Below are positions 26,814 to 35,727 of a stretch of 64,000 nucleotides of DNA, in pieces. Made by a program: the position numbers and the translations under genes. The notes under the pieces are model-generated. The model saw only the letters and a program-made list of their open reading frames with translations. It was not told the origin of the DNA and did not search any database. The stretch is from sequence record NC_019406.1. One strand, given 5' to 3'. Each line of letters begins with the position of its first letter. Position 1 is the first letter of the stretch.

Positions 26814-27671
26814 ATGACCCAGCGCAATATGGGCAGCTATATTTACGAGCCGATGGCGATCCGTCCGCATCTGCTGGATGCCGTCTTCGCGCGCGTCCAA
26901 TCAGGCGAGCCGTTCTCGCCCCTGGACCTGAGCAACGCCTACCGCGCCGCCGATACTGCTGAGATGCGCGAGCACATTCAGCGCACCTTCGGCGACGCCT
27001 CCAACCTGCACACCTACGAGAACGGGGCCTCGCTCGCCGACGTCAGTCGCATCATGCTGGCCCTGCGCCAGTCGGGCGCGATCTGCCAGGACTTCTCGGC
27101 TGGTAAGGGTCGCGTGCTCTGGAAGTTGGAGACGGAATGGCACGGTGATCACGGGACGATCAGCGTGCCGGTCTATCAGACTGTTTCCGAACGCCTGGGA
27201 CAAGCGCGCAAGATGCTCGAAGCCCAGCCGGTCGGCAAGAAGGCGCCGGGCCAGGACTTCAATGCGCTGGAGGCGCACGTCATCGCGCATGCTGAGCAGC
27301 ACGGTTTTCTGGAGCCCGAGGACTGGAGGCTGAGTCCGGAGACCGGTAACTCGGAAGGCTACGGCAGCTATTTCCGTAGCATCAACGAATGTGCGCCTCG
27401 GGTAGACGCGCCCAAGCGCTCCCGCTCCTTCATCGGCCGCATCGTCAATTCGGTGAAGGACTATGTCACCGAGTCGATGCAGGTGATCAACTTCAACTTG
27501 CGCGGCACTGCCGATCTGCCGGTGACCGAGATTATGAAGGCCTCTCCCGAGGACAAGCTGCGCTGGGCCAATCGACATGCGCCCGGCGAAGACATTCCGA
27601 TCGAGAATCGCAAGAACTACTACCGCCCGAACCTGCGCCCCTCCATCATCCTCCGCATCCCGGTCGGCTGA
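26814..27671 (+). CDS. Hypothetical protein (285 aa)
   Basis: GAGG SD. Confidence 0.8.
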   Translation: MTQRNMGSYIYEPMAIRPHLLDAVFARVQSGEPFSPLDLSNAYRAADTAEMREHIQRTFGDASNLHTYENGASLADVSRIMLALRQSGAICQDFSAGKGRVLWKLETEWHGDHGTISVPVYQTVSERLGQARKMLEAQPVGKKAPGQDFNALEAHVIAHAEQHGFLEPEDWRLSPETGNSEGYGSYFRSINECAPRVDAPKRSRSFIGRIVNSVKDYVTESMQVINFNLRGTADLPVTEIMKASPEDKLRWANRHAPGEDIPIENRKNYYRPNLRPSIILRIPVG

Positions 27672-27898
27672 TGGCGCGCCGACCCACCCGAAGTGAGCAG
27701 GAGTGCGACGCGTTTCGCGACCTGCTCACCAAGGGCTTCTACGTCGTCAACGCCGACGGCGAGGTCAACGCACCGGGCGAACTCGAAGCCGCCCTCGCCG
27801 CGACCAAGCTCTGGCGGAGCGAACTGTGGAAAGCCTTCCGCTCCCTGGATGATCAATTGAACCCCGTCCGGAAATTCGAAAGAACTGGTCAGCCATGA
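27671..27898 (+). CDS. Hypothetical protein (75 aa)
   Basis: TGATG coupling. Confidence 0.65.
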   Translation: MARRPTRSEQECDAFRDLLTKGFYVVNADGEVNAPGELEAALAATKLWRSELWKAFRSLDDQLNPVRKFERTGQP

Positions 27899-28191
27899 AG
27901 GTTCTGTCGGTATTCGTCGCCACCTACAACGAGCGTGGCCTTGAAAAGTTCAAGATGGCCGGCGTGCGTCCGCAGGGTAAGCAGTTGGTCTTCTTCGAGG
28001 AAAGCGAGAAGACGGCGTCGATGTTCTTTCGCCTCTATACCCGGAACCTCTACGCGATTGAACTCAGCAAGAGCGAGTTCAGCCTGTACCAGCCCAATCC
28101 GACGCCGCCTTCTTCGCTCGGCTTCCTGAGCGATCTGGACGAAACCCAAAATCTCAGCCTCAACCCTGGCCTCGCCGACGGGAGCATCTGA
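27895..28191 (+). CDS. Hypothetical protein (98 aa)
   Basis: ATGA overlap. Confidence 0.7.
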   Translation: MKVLSVFVATYNERGLEKFKMAGVRPQGKQLVFFEESEKTASMFFRLYTRNLYAIELSKSEFSLYQPNPTPPSSLGFLSDLDETQNLSLNPGLADGSI

Positions 28192-28430
28192 TGAACACGA
28201 ACGGTCTCCAGCGCTTCACCCTGAGCGAGATGCAAAACCGCCAGAACGTCCTGGACAAGGCGCGTCTCGACCCGGTGCTGATCCAGGGTCACTACACCGA
28301 CTACGTCCTGATGTCGAAGCAGGAGTACGAGTCGCTCATCAAGGCTCCCGTGCCCGAGCCGCGCATCGGCTCTCCCGATCTCGACATCCTGATCCCCGCG
28401 CTCGCCAAGATGGCCCAGGTCGGCCGGTAG
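28191..28430 (+). CDS. Phd/YefM-like antitoxin-fold protein (79 aa)
   Basis: FTLSEMQNRQNVLDKARLDPVLIQGH..DYVLMSKQEYESL follows the Phd pattern. Confidence 0.6.
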   Translation: MNTNGLQRFTLSEMQNRQNVLDKARLDPVLIQGHYTDYVLMSKQEYESLIKAPVPEPRIGSPDLDILIPALAKMAQVGR

Positions 28431-28438
28431 GAGGAGTC

Positions 28439-28741
28439 ATGTTTGACGTAGAGCAGGACGAAATCCACGTCTCCGAACACGCGGACCTGCGGGTGCGCAA
28501 GCGCATGGGCATCCCTCGCAAGGCCGTCGACCGAATGGTGACCAAGGCGCTCGCCGACGGCGCCAGCCACTCCGCCTTCAGCGGCTCGATGAAGCGCTAT
28601 CTGGACCACGTCTATCTGAAGGAAGGGCGGGCGAACAACATGAAGGTCCACGCCGGCTACCTCTTCCTGTTCGCCGGCTCGACCCTGATCACCTGCTGGC
28701 CGCTGCCTCCGAAGTATCGAAACACGAAGCCCCGCGCATGA
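28439..28741 (+). CDS. Possible RelE/BECR-like RNase-fold protein (100 aa)
   Basis: HVSEHADLRVRKRMGI N-terminus and C-terminal LITCW strand; AGGAGGAG SD. Confidence 0.45.
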   Translation: MFDVEQDEIHVSEHADLRVRKRMGIPRKAVDRMVTKALADGASHSAFSGSMKRYLDHVYLKEGRANNMKVHAGYLFLFAGSTLITCWPLPPKYRNTKPRA

Positions 28742-29163
28742 CGACCATTGCCTACCGCTCAGGAATTTTGGCCGCCGACAGCCTCGTCACGAACGGAAGT
28801 TCGCGGGCATCGACGACCGCGCGCAAGATTCGCCGCATCGGCAAGGCGCTGATCGCGGGCTGCGGCTATATCGGCGAATTGGAAGCGTTCGTCGATTGGG
28901 TCGCCGGCGGCATGGAGGGTAAGGACCCACTGCGCGGTGGCGAGACGTCCTGCATGTTGATCGTCAAGGGACAACCGCCTGTGATGTTCGGCGCGACCGG
29001 TCCATGGCCCTTCACCACCGATTATATGGCGATGGGCTCGGGCGAAGACTTCGCTTTCGGCGCCATGCACGCCGGAGCGACCGCCGAACAGGCCGTCGCT
29101 GCCGCCATCGCACACGATGTCTATTCCGGCGGCCCGATCGTCACCCTGAAGTTGCGAGATTAA
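28738..29163 (+). CDS. Ntn-hydrolase (proteasome-beta/HslV-like) peptidase (141 aa)
   Basis: N-terminal MTTIAY..GILAADS, then K, and MGSGEDFAFGAM. Confidence 0.75.
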   Translation: MTTIAYRSGILAADSLVTNGSSRASTTARKIRRIGKALIAGCGYIGELEAFVDWVAGGMEGKDPLRGGETSCMLIVKGQPPVMFGATGPWPFTTDYMAMGSGEDFAFGAMHAGATAEQAVAAAIAHDVYSGGPIVTLKLRD

Positions 29164-29411
29164 TGATGACCGTCCCGTGGGACCCCCGCGCCAAGCCGAA
29201 GCGCGTCGGCGACGAACGCGAATTCCTCTCATCGCGCGAATATATCGCTGAGTTCGAACGTCGGGATCGTACTCCTGAACCCGAAGGTACGCCCGAGCGT
29301 GAGGAACAAATCGTCCGCATCGCAAAGCGTATCCTGCCCGGCGCATTGCGTAAGGCGTCGCGCGATCAGGTTCTGACGCAACACCGTCTCTTCATGTCGG
29401 GGGTCATGTGA
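29163..29411 (+). CDS. Hypothetical protein (82 aa)
   Basis: TAATG coupling. Confidence 0.65.
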   Translation: MMTVPWDPRAKPKRVGDEREFLSSREYIAEFERRDRTPEPEGTPEREEQIVRIAKRILPGALRKASRDQVLTQHRLFMSGVM

Positions 29412-29866
29412 AGGTTCAATTCCTGACCGAGCAGGAGCACCGACTGCGCCTGCGCGCCGCTCATCCGCGCTGGAAGACCCAGACCAAGACGCATGATCCG
29501 GAGAACGGGATCGAAGGCAACTGCACGCAGGCGGCTTTTGCTTCGCTGCTGGGCATGGAGCTTGAAGAGGTTCCGGACTTCAACACCCTGCACCAGGGCG
29601 ACGAGCACGCCGGCGCGTTTTGGCATCACCTCTACTCGTGGTGCCGTGAGCAGGGCTGGCTACTTCAGATGCGGCCGGCGAACCACGTGCCTGATATCCT
29701 CTATCTCGCGGACGGGCCGTCTCCGCGTGGCGTAGGTCACTTCGTCATCATGAAGGAAGGTGAAATCTTCCACGATCCGCATCCGTCGCGCGCCGGCATC
29801 CTGGAGGTCAAGCACACCTGGATGCTGTTGCCGGTTGATCCGGCGGAAATGAAAAAGGTCGCCTGA
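29408..29866 (+). CDS. Conserved phage protein (GNCTQAAFASLL, HFVI, HDPHP motifs; possible papain-like fold)
   Basis: Cys/His/Asp motif pattern. Confidence 0.6.
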   Translation: MKVQFLTEQEHRLRLRAAHPRWKTQTKTHDPENGIEGNCTQAAFASLLGMELEEVPDFNTLHQGDEHAGAFWHHLYSWCREQGWLLQMRPANHVPDILYLADGPSPRGVGHFVIMKEGEIFHDPHPSRAGILEVKHTWMLLPVDPAEMKKVA

Positions 29867-30006
29867 TGAACGAGGACTTGCTGCTCTACAGCCTGTACGG
29901 CGCAACGATCATGCTCATCGCGGTCCTGCGTTTCGAGATGTGGAAGTGGTGGAAGCGGGGAGCCCGCCTGACCGAAGACCAAGTCGATTCAGTCCTCTGT
30001 AACTAA
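29866..30006 (+). CDS. Small membrane protein (46 aa)
   Basis: TGATG coupling; hydrophobic N-terminal half. Confidence 0.5.
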   Translation: MNEDLLLYSLYGATIMLIAVLRFEMWKWWKRGARLTEDQVDSVLCN

Positions 30007-30374
30007 CGACCGGGTGATCAGGGTCTCGACTCCTGATCACCCGGCCGCCGGCGGCATGCCGAAGGCGTCCGCATGACCGTGATGTAGCCTCACCAGTTCC
30101 ATCACTTTGGGGTATTGACCCCGCGATCGTCACGCAACCGCACCCAGCTTTGGCTACACGAGGGTATTGGGCTCCCCCGAGGCGACCGACCTCCGCCAAC
30201 CTAAACGAGGGCCTTGTCCGGCGGCTCCGTCCGGTTCTCTCTAAGATTTACGTCCTGGAGAAAACGCAGGACGGGTGACGCGGACTTCGTGCTCACCCCG
30301 TGCCCCGTTAGAAACGGGATCGGTAGTGCGACGTCCACGGACCGTCTATAGCCAAGCCCGCAGAGGCCTGTCAA
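30005..30374 (-). ncRNA. Candidate ~330-nt structured RNA with its own sigma70 promoter
   Basis: TTGACA(30374-30369)-N18-TATAGA(30350-30345); many hairpins; 13-bp terminal stem 30010-30044; no credible ORF. Confidence 0.5.
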
Positions 30375-30499
30375 CTCCTGGGTTCAAAATTTAATGACCG
30401 CCCGGCGCCAGGATTATTGACACCCGGCGCCAGCATGGTTAACAGTTCCGTCGTTCCAGGCGCCAGCCATATTGGCGCCGCCCCCGACGGAGCGAAGGC

Positions 30500-31669
30500 G
30501 TGACCGCCAACATCGACGATTATATCGAACAGCAGGAAGCGGCGATCGAGGCGCAGTTCGCCGGCCGTGACTTGCAGTTCGAACACAACCGCGTCTGGAT
30601 GACCCCCGGACAACTCGAACGCGCCGCTTATCGCCTGACCATGAAGACCCGTGTCGGTGGCGCGACGCGCGACGAGAAGGCGCGCGGCATCTCCGATTAC
30701 GGCACCGACGCCGCATGCGTCGCCGACGCCTATCTCAAGATGATGCGCGATGACCGCTCCGCGATGGAACTGATCCGCCGCGCGGCGAAGCACATCGAGA
30801 CCCGCGAGGAGCGTCCGCGCGTCGACCTGTCCAAGCTGAAGATGCTGCCAACGATCCAGTTGGCGTCGGGTCGCTACTTCGACTTCATCAATCCTGACAG
30901 CACGCCGCTGGAGATCGACGATCTCGCCGCCGGTCTGTCGCGTATCTGCCGCTACACCGGCCAACTCGCGATCGACGAAGACGCGGTGTACACCGTCGCC
31001 CAGCACAGCGTCCTGGCGAGCGAGAACTGCGGCCCCGACTGCGATCCTTACGAAGCCCTGATGCACGATCGCGCCGAGAGCGTGATGAACGACATGGCCT
31101 CGCCGCTGAAGCAGCTTCTCCCTGACTACAAGGAGATCGAGGACCGCGTCGAGACGTCGACCGGCGCCTACTACGGGGTCGAGCACCCGATGTCAGCCGG
31201 CTGCAAGGCGATCGACCTGCGCATGCTCGCCACCGAGAAGCGCGATCTGATGCCGCACATCGAGGGCGACACGACCTGGGCCGGCATCGAGAACATCGAG
31301 CCGCTGCCGTTCAAGATCGTGCCGTGGTCGCCGTCGGAAGCGCGCCATCGTTTCCTGCATCGCTTTCACTGGCTGACCACCGGCCGTCTGCCCAAGCCGA
31401 CCGACCGCTACGCGCGTCCGCACGAGAACGCCCCGGCTGATTACGTCGAAGCGCTGCGTAAGGCCTGGGGCTTCTCGCCAGCGCACGCGCCGCTTGAGCA
31501 GCGCGCGACCACCGTCATCACGTCCGCGATGTGGTCTCAATTGATCGGGGCGCTGGTCGGCGCCAAGGGGCCGAGCATTCCCCTGGATCACGGCCTCAAG
31601 ATGCAGGTTCGTCCGATCGACGACACCCAGGATGTCGGTTCGGTCCTCCGCCCGGACGCCGCTGCATGA
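30500..31669 (+). CDS. HD-domain phosphohydrolase (YfbR/DatZ-like 5'-nucleotidase) with N-terminal extension
   Basis: IQLASGRYFDF, SRICRYTGQ, VAQHS, ALMHD.AE, DLRMLATEKRDL. Confidence 0.85.
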   Translation: MTANIDDYIEQQEAAIEAQFAGRDLQFEHNRVWMTPGQLERAAYRLTMKTRVGGATRDEKARGISDYGTDAACVADAYLKMMRDDRSAMELIRRAAKHIETREERPRVDLSKLKMLPTIQLASGRYFDFINPDSTPLEIDDLAAGLSRICRYTGQLAIDEDAVYTVAQHSVLASENCGPDCDPYEALMHDRAESVMNDMASPLKQLLPDYKEIEDRVETSTGAYYGVEHPMSAGCKAIDLRMLATEKRDLMPHIEGDTTWAGIENIEPLPFKIVPWSPSEARHRFLHRFHWLTTGRLPKPTDRYARPHENAPADYVEALRKAWGFSPAHAPLEQRATTVITSAMWSQLIGALVGAKGPSIPLDHGLKMQVRPIDDTQDVGSVLRPDAAA

Positions 31670-32031
31670 CCGCGCTGTTCATCCCGAATGATCGCTTGAG
31701 CCTCAGCTACGTGGCGGAGGACGGCCGCGTCGTTCGCCTGAATGACGTCCAGATGGAGACCGTTAGTTCTGCCTCGGGCACCACGGCGCCGACTTTCGAA
31801 GACGTCTCAAAGACGATCGAAGTCACCGGAACGCTTACGGCGACCTTCCATGTCGATCCGCCGTGGAAGTGCGAACTCCTCTGGGCGACTCACAACCTGC
31901 TCGCCCATCCCATTTCCGAGATCACGCACTGGCTGGCCTACATCCCCGGCCTGAAGTTCCTGCGCGATCTCGGCCTAAAGTTTCACGACATTACGGTCCC
32001 GCGCCACGCGTGGGGTACCGGCCGAGGATAA
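31666..32031 (+). CDS. Hypothetical protein (121 aa)
   Basis: ATGA overlap. Confidence 0.7.
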   Translation: MTALFIPNDRLSLSYVAEDGRVVRLNDVQMETVSSASGTTAPTFEDVSKTIEVTGTLTATFHVDPPWKCELLWATHNLLAHPISEITHWLAYIPGLKFLRDLGLKFHDITVPRHAWGTGRG

Positions 32032-32034
32032 GAC

Positions 32035-32331
32035 ATGCTGAGTGCCAAGGAAGCCCTGACGCTGATGCCGAGCAGCGATCCCAATCCCTACCTGGATGCG
32101 ATTGAGCAGCGCATCCGTGAAGCTGCTGCTGCCGGCCACGGCAAGGTGATGATCCACAACGTGCTGCCGGTCGCCCTGGCGGGCGCGTGGTGCTGCGGGC
32201 GTCCCGGCCCACTCGCCAAGAAGATCGAGGATGCCCTGAAGAAGGTCGGCTATCAGCTTGCCTACGACAGTGGCGGTCATCACGGCCCCGGCTTCGTCGG
32301 CATCATGTGGGCCGCCGAAGAGGAAAAGTAG
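32035..32331 (+). CDS. Hypothetical protein (98 aa)
   Basis: GAGG SD. Confidence 0.75.
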   Translation: MLSAKEALTLMPSSDPNPYLDAIEQRIREAAAAGHGKVMIHNVLPVALAGAWCCGRPGPLAKKIEDALKKVGYQLAYDSGGHHGPGFVGIMWAAEEEK

Positions 32332-32332
32332 G

Positions 32333-32806
32333 ATGACCTACGGCTACTGCCCTATCTGCGGCGATCACGGAGTGGCGCGCCAGCGTCGACCCAATGGTGA
32401 CGACACGTGCGTTAACAACCACACCTATCCGAGCAAGACGGCGCTGCCTATGCAGCCGCTGACGACTCGGCCTCAGGCGACGCAGACGGAGTGGATGGCA
32501 GGCCTGAGCGAGTCCTACCCCGAGCTTTTCGCCGGCCCGCTCGCGATCGCGGTCTCTTCGCAACATGAGGCGGACGCCCTGCGCGAGATGCTCAACGGCG
32601 CCAAGGGTCCTGCTGACCAGGGCATCATGGTGATTCCGTTCGGCGGCTCGGTCCTCTCCTTCTCGCCCGGCGGCACCGCCCTGCTGCGCGGCTACGTCTC
32701 CATCCCGCCGAATGGCGGCCCGATTACTCGCCAAGCCTTTGAGGCCTGGATCGAGAAGGCGATCGCGCCGTACCTCGCGCCTAACGCTTCCCGGCTGGTC
32801 CTGTGA
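32333..32806 (+). CDS. Zn-ribbon-containing protein (157 aa)
   Basis: YGYCPICG...R.R..NG.DTC.NNH motif. Confidence 0.7.
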   Translation: MTYGYCPICGDHGVARQRRPNGDDTCVNNHTYPSKTALPMQPLTTRPQATQTEWMAGLSESYPELFAGPLAIAVSSQHEADALREMLNGAKGPADQGIMVIPFGGSVLSFSPGGTALLRGYVSIPPNGGPITRQAFEAWIEKAIAPYLAPNASRLVL

Positions 32807-33111
32807 TCGTTCTGCACCAGAAGTACAACGGCCGTCTGGTCTACCTCCAGCCGGACCAGATCAAGGCCGTCGAACATCGGGGCAACGGCGATACGGCCGT
32901 AATTGTCGAAGGCATCGACGACACTTCGCCGTGGATCGTGACCGAGACGCCCGAGGAGATCGCGAAGCTTCTGATGGGCTGGAAGTGGCGCCCGCACTTC
33001 CTCAACGAAACGATTCGCGACGGCGCGGTGATCACCGCCCTCCGTCTCGACCCGAAGACCAAGGGGCTGGTTCCGACCTACGCCCATCTGCACCTGGAGC
33101 AAGTCCATTGA
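32803..33111 (+). CDS. FlbD/SwrD-family (PF06289-like) domain protein 1
   Basis: MIVLHQKYNGRLVYLQPDQIKAVE...VTETPEEI. Confidence 0.6.
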   Translation: MIVLHQKYNGRLVYLQPDQIKAVEHRGNGDTAVIVEGIDDTSPWIVTETPEEIAKLLMGWKWRPHFLNETIRDGAVITALRLDPKTKGLVPTYAHLHLEQVH

Positions 33112-33428
33112 TCCGCCTGACCGATTTCTCCGCCGCCGATCCTTACCTCTACGTGGACCCGCGTCGCATCGTCTATGTCGAGACAATCAAGGGTGCTGAG
33201 GACGAGCCAGAACGTCTGACGACGATCCATTTGGACGGCGCGGACCACACGCTGCAAGTTCGCGAAACGCCTACCGAGGTTCTTCGACTGAAGACGGGCT
33301 GGGAAAATCGCGTGCAAATGGTCGATATGCCGGCGGCCGATCTCCACAAGCTGATCGCGGCGGCGCTGGTCGCCGACACGGACGACGGCGTGCCCGAGTT
33401 GCAGTATCTGGTGGGATGGGCCGACTAA
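33108..33428 (+). CDS. FlbD/SwrD-family-like domain protein 2
   Basis: MIRLT...LYVDPRRIVYVE...LQVRETPTEV. Confidence 0.55.
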   Translation: MIRLTDFSAADPYLYVDPRRIVYVETIKGAEDEPERLTTIHLDGADHTLQVRETPTEVLRLKTGWENRVQMVDMPAADLHKLIAAALVADTDDGVPELQYLVGWAD

Positions 33429-33835
33429 TGATCCGCCTCACCCTGACCGATGGCCGCTTCATCTACCTCGCGCCCGAACACATCACCCAGGTCGGCTCGT
33501 ATGGCGACAAGACCTACGTCACGACTGTCGAACATCCCGACGGTCCGACCGGCATCGTCGAGGACCCATTCGACATCGCGCGCCTGAAGGCCGCCTGGGA
33601 ATTGCGCTATCACGCGCCTGAGATCGCCGGCGACCTACCCGTCGCGGTTTACATGGACCGCAGCGATCCCGAGAATCCGTCGATCCAGTTTCTGTGCTGC
33701 GCCATCACGCGCAAGCTCCGCGAACAGCGCGCTGGTGCGCGTCCGCAGAACGGAACGATGCCGCCCGTCAACTTTACGGGCATCTTCGACGAAATCTTCG
33801 GCGCCGCCTTCCCGCACGACCCGGACAAGCGCTGA
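33428..33835 (+). CDS. FlbD/SwrD-family-like domain protein 3
   Basis: MIRLTLTDGRFIYLAPEHITQV...IVEDPFDI. Confidence 0.55.
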   Translation: MIRLTLTDGRFIYLAPEHITQVGSYGDKTYVTTVEHPDGPTGIVEDPFDIARLKAAWELRYHAPEIAGDLPVAVYMDRSDPENPSIQFLCCAITRKLREQRAGARPQNGTMPPVNFTGIFDEIFGAAFPHDPDKR

Positions 33836-34050
33836 TGCCCGATCTGGAAGAGCACCTGCGCATCCTCAAGCGCGCGTTCAAGGATTTCCACGAACGTAAC
33901 ACCGTCTGCCGCGCGGACGGTTGCGATGGGGGCTACGTGGTGCTCGACCAGGAAGACATCGACTGGTTCACCCAAGAGCCGCGCGCTTCGCACTGCCCCA
34001 AGTGCAAGGGTACGGGCTTCGTCCCTCGCCAAATGGAGTTGCCGCTGTGA
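33835..34050 (+). CDS. Small DnaJ-type Zn-finger protein (71 aa)
   Basis: C..DGCDGGY and CPKCKGTG. Confidence 0.65.
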   Translation: MPDLEEHLRILKRAFKDFHERNTVCRADGCDGGYVVLDQEDIDWFTQEPRASHCPKCKGTGFVPRQMELPL

Positions 34051-34208
34051 TCCAGGAACCTCGTCCGCTGCTGGGGCTGGTGCTCGCCGCCACTTTCCTC
34101 GCGTTGTTCGCCATCCTCACCTACCCGCTGCGCCTCATGAACGTGCTGCCCAGCGAGACCGCTTGGGGCGCCCGCGCCTCCGACATCTTCGACGAAGAAG
34201 GCCTCTGA
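34047..34208 (+). CDS. Small membrane protein (53 aa)
   Basis: GTGA overlap; TM segment. Confidence 0.55.
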   Translation: MIQEPRPLLGLVLAATFLALFAILTYPLRLMNVLPSETAWGARASDIFDEEGL

Positions 34209-35137
34209 TGCCCAACAAGCCCGACATCTGCCTCTACCATCATCCGTGCTCGGACGGCATGACCGCCGCCTGGGCGATCTGGACGCGTTGGCCCGACATC
34301 GAATTCCTCGGCGTCAACTACAACCAGCCTGTCCCGGACCTCACGGGCAAGCACGTTCTGCTGGTCGACTTCAGCTATAAGCATGACGTTCTGGTTCAGA
34401 TCGCGGCGATCGCCGCCTCGGTCACGATCCTGGACCACCACAAGTCGGCCTACGAAGACCTCCAACCACTGCTGGACTCCGGCGTTGTCCAGGGCGAATT
34501 CGACATGGCGCGGTCCGGCGCCCAGATGGCGTGGGATTACGTCTGGCCGGCGGAGGTCGAGAACCCGTTCGATCGTGAGCACTTCCAGTATCGCAACTAC
34601 GTCGTCGAGGACGGCGAGTATCGTCGCGGCATCGGCTACGTCCCGTATCTCGTCAAGTACGTGCAGGACCGCGACCTCTGGACTTGGGGTCTGCCGGATT
34701 CCAAGGAAGTCAGCGCCTACATCCAGACCAAGGCGCTGACGCTCCAGGCCTGGGACAAGCTCGCGCACGAACTCGAAGACAGCATCGGCTACGACCGCGC
34801 CGTCGAGGTGGGCGCGATCCTGCTTCGTAAGCAGGAATCCGAGATCGCCGGCGCCTTGAAGTCGACGAAGCGTCGTATGCGTATCGCGGACTATGATGTT
34901 CCGGTCGCCAACGTGCCCTACATCTGGGCGTCCGAGGCCGGCAACATCCTGTGCAAGGGTGAGCCCTTCGCTGCGACCTACATCGACACGGCCGACGGCC
35001 GTTCGTTCTCGCTTCGCTCGGACAAGGAAGACCCGAACGCCGTCGATGTCAGCGCGATCGCGGCCTACTATGGCGGAGGCGGTCACGCGAACGCCTCGGG
35101 CTTCCGTGCGCCGATCGGCTGGGAGGGGCGCTCGTGA
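34208..35137 (+). CDS. DHH/DHHA1 phosphoesterase (NrnB-like oligoribonuclease)
   Basis: YHHPCSDG, LVDFS, ILDHH, DRDLW, GGGGHANASGF. Confidence 0.85.
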   Translation: MPNKPDICLYHHPCSDGMTAAWAIWTRWPDIEFLGVNYNQPVPDLTGKHVLLVDFSYKHDVLVQIAAIAASVTILDHHKSAYEDLQPLLDSGVVQGEFDMARSGAQMAWDYVWPAEVENPFDREHFQYRNYVVEDGEYRRGIGYVPYLVKYVQDRDLWTWGLPDSKEVSAYIQTKALTLQAWDKLAHELEDSIGYDRAVEVGAILLRKQESEIAGALKSTKRRMRIADYDVPVANVPYIWASEAGNILCKGEPFAATYIDTADGRSFSLRSDKEDPNAVDVSAIAAYYGGGGHANASGFRAPIGWEGRS

Positions 35138-35463
35138 GTCGCGAACTCTACTACGTCACCTATGAGGCTAACGACGAACTGATTTTCCTCGTGGGCACCG
35201 AAGACGCCGACGAAGCCGAAGCGTGGCGTGAATGGGTTGAGAGCATCTCCGACGTGGAGGTGTTCGCCGACGTACGCAGCGTTCGGATCGACGACGAGAT
35301 TGACGACACCGCGTTTGCGCTGATCTGCGACGACGATGATGAGCTTTATCTGTTCGAGTCGCTGGAGTCCGCCCGCACCTTCATCTCGAATGAGAACCTG
35401 AGCGGTGCGATCACGAAGGGGATCAAGTTCGGGGTTCGAACTTTCATGGAGCGTCCGCTGTGA
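35134..35463 (+). CDS. Acidic hypothetical protein (109 aa)
   Basis: GTGA overlap. Confidence 0.7.
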   Translation: MSRELYYVTYEANDELIFLVGTEDADEAEAWREWVESISDVEVFADVRSVRIDDEIDDTAFALICDDDDELYLFESLESARTFISNENLSGAITKGIKFGVRTFMERPL

Positions 35464-35714
35464 ATTCTTCCCGAATGGACAACTTCGGACAAGCGCTGAC
35501 GATGCTCTGGGGCTTTGCGGTCTTCGGCATGTTCGCGGCTTTCTGTCTTTTCGGCATCCTGGCCGGCATTATCGTCGCGGCGCCTTGGGCGCTCTACTAT
35601 CACGATCCGACGATCGTGCTTTGGCCCGCGACGGCCGGCATGGTCCTGATGATGATCTGGGCGGCGTGGCAGATGTTCCAGCCGCGCATCCCCAACCCTT
35701 TCCGTAAGCGCTGA
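35460..35714 (+). CDS. Membrane protein, 2 TM (84 aa)
   Basis: Two hydrophobic stretches. Confidence 0.7.
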   Translation: MNSSRMDNFGQALTMLWGFAVFGMFAAFCLFGILAGIIVAAPWALYYHDPTIVLWPATAGMVLMMIWAAWQMFQPRIPNPFRKR

Positions 35715-35727
35715 AGGAGCCCTCAGC

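Noticed and set aside
30200-30290. RNase P RNA (GAAGTCCG and AGAACCGG on the minus strand)
   Set aside because: The two motifs are only ~45 nt apart rather than ~300, and the GAGGAAAGUCC consensus is incomplete.
30500-31669. Z-genome (2-aminoadenine) system
   Set aside because: An HD hydrolase alone is common; no PurZ or MazZ gene is present in this window.
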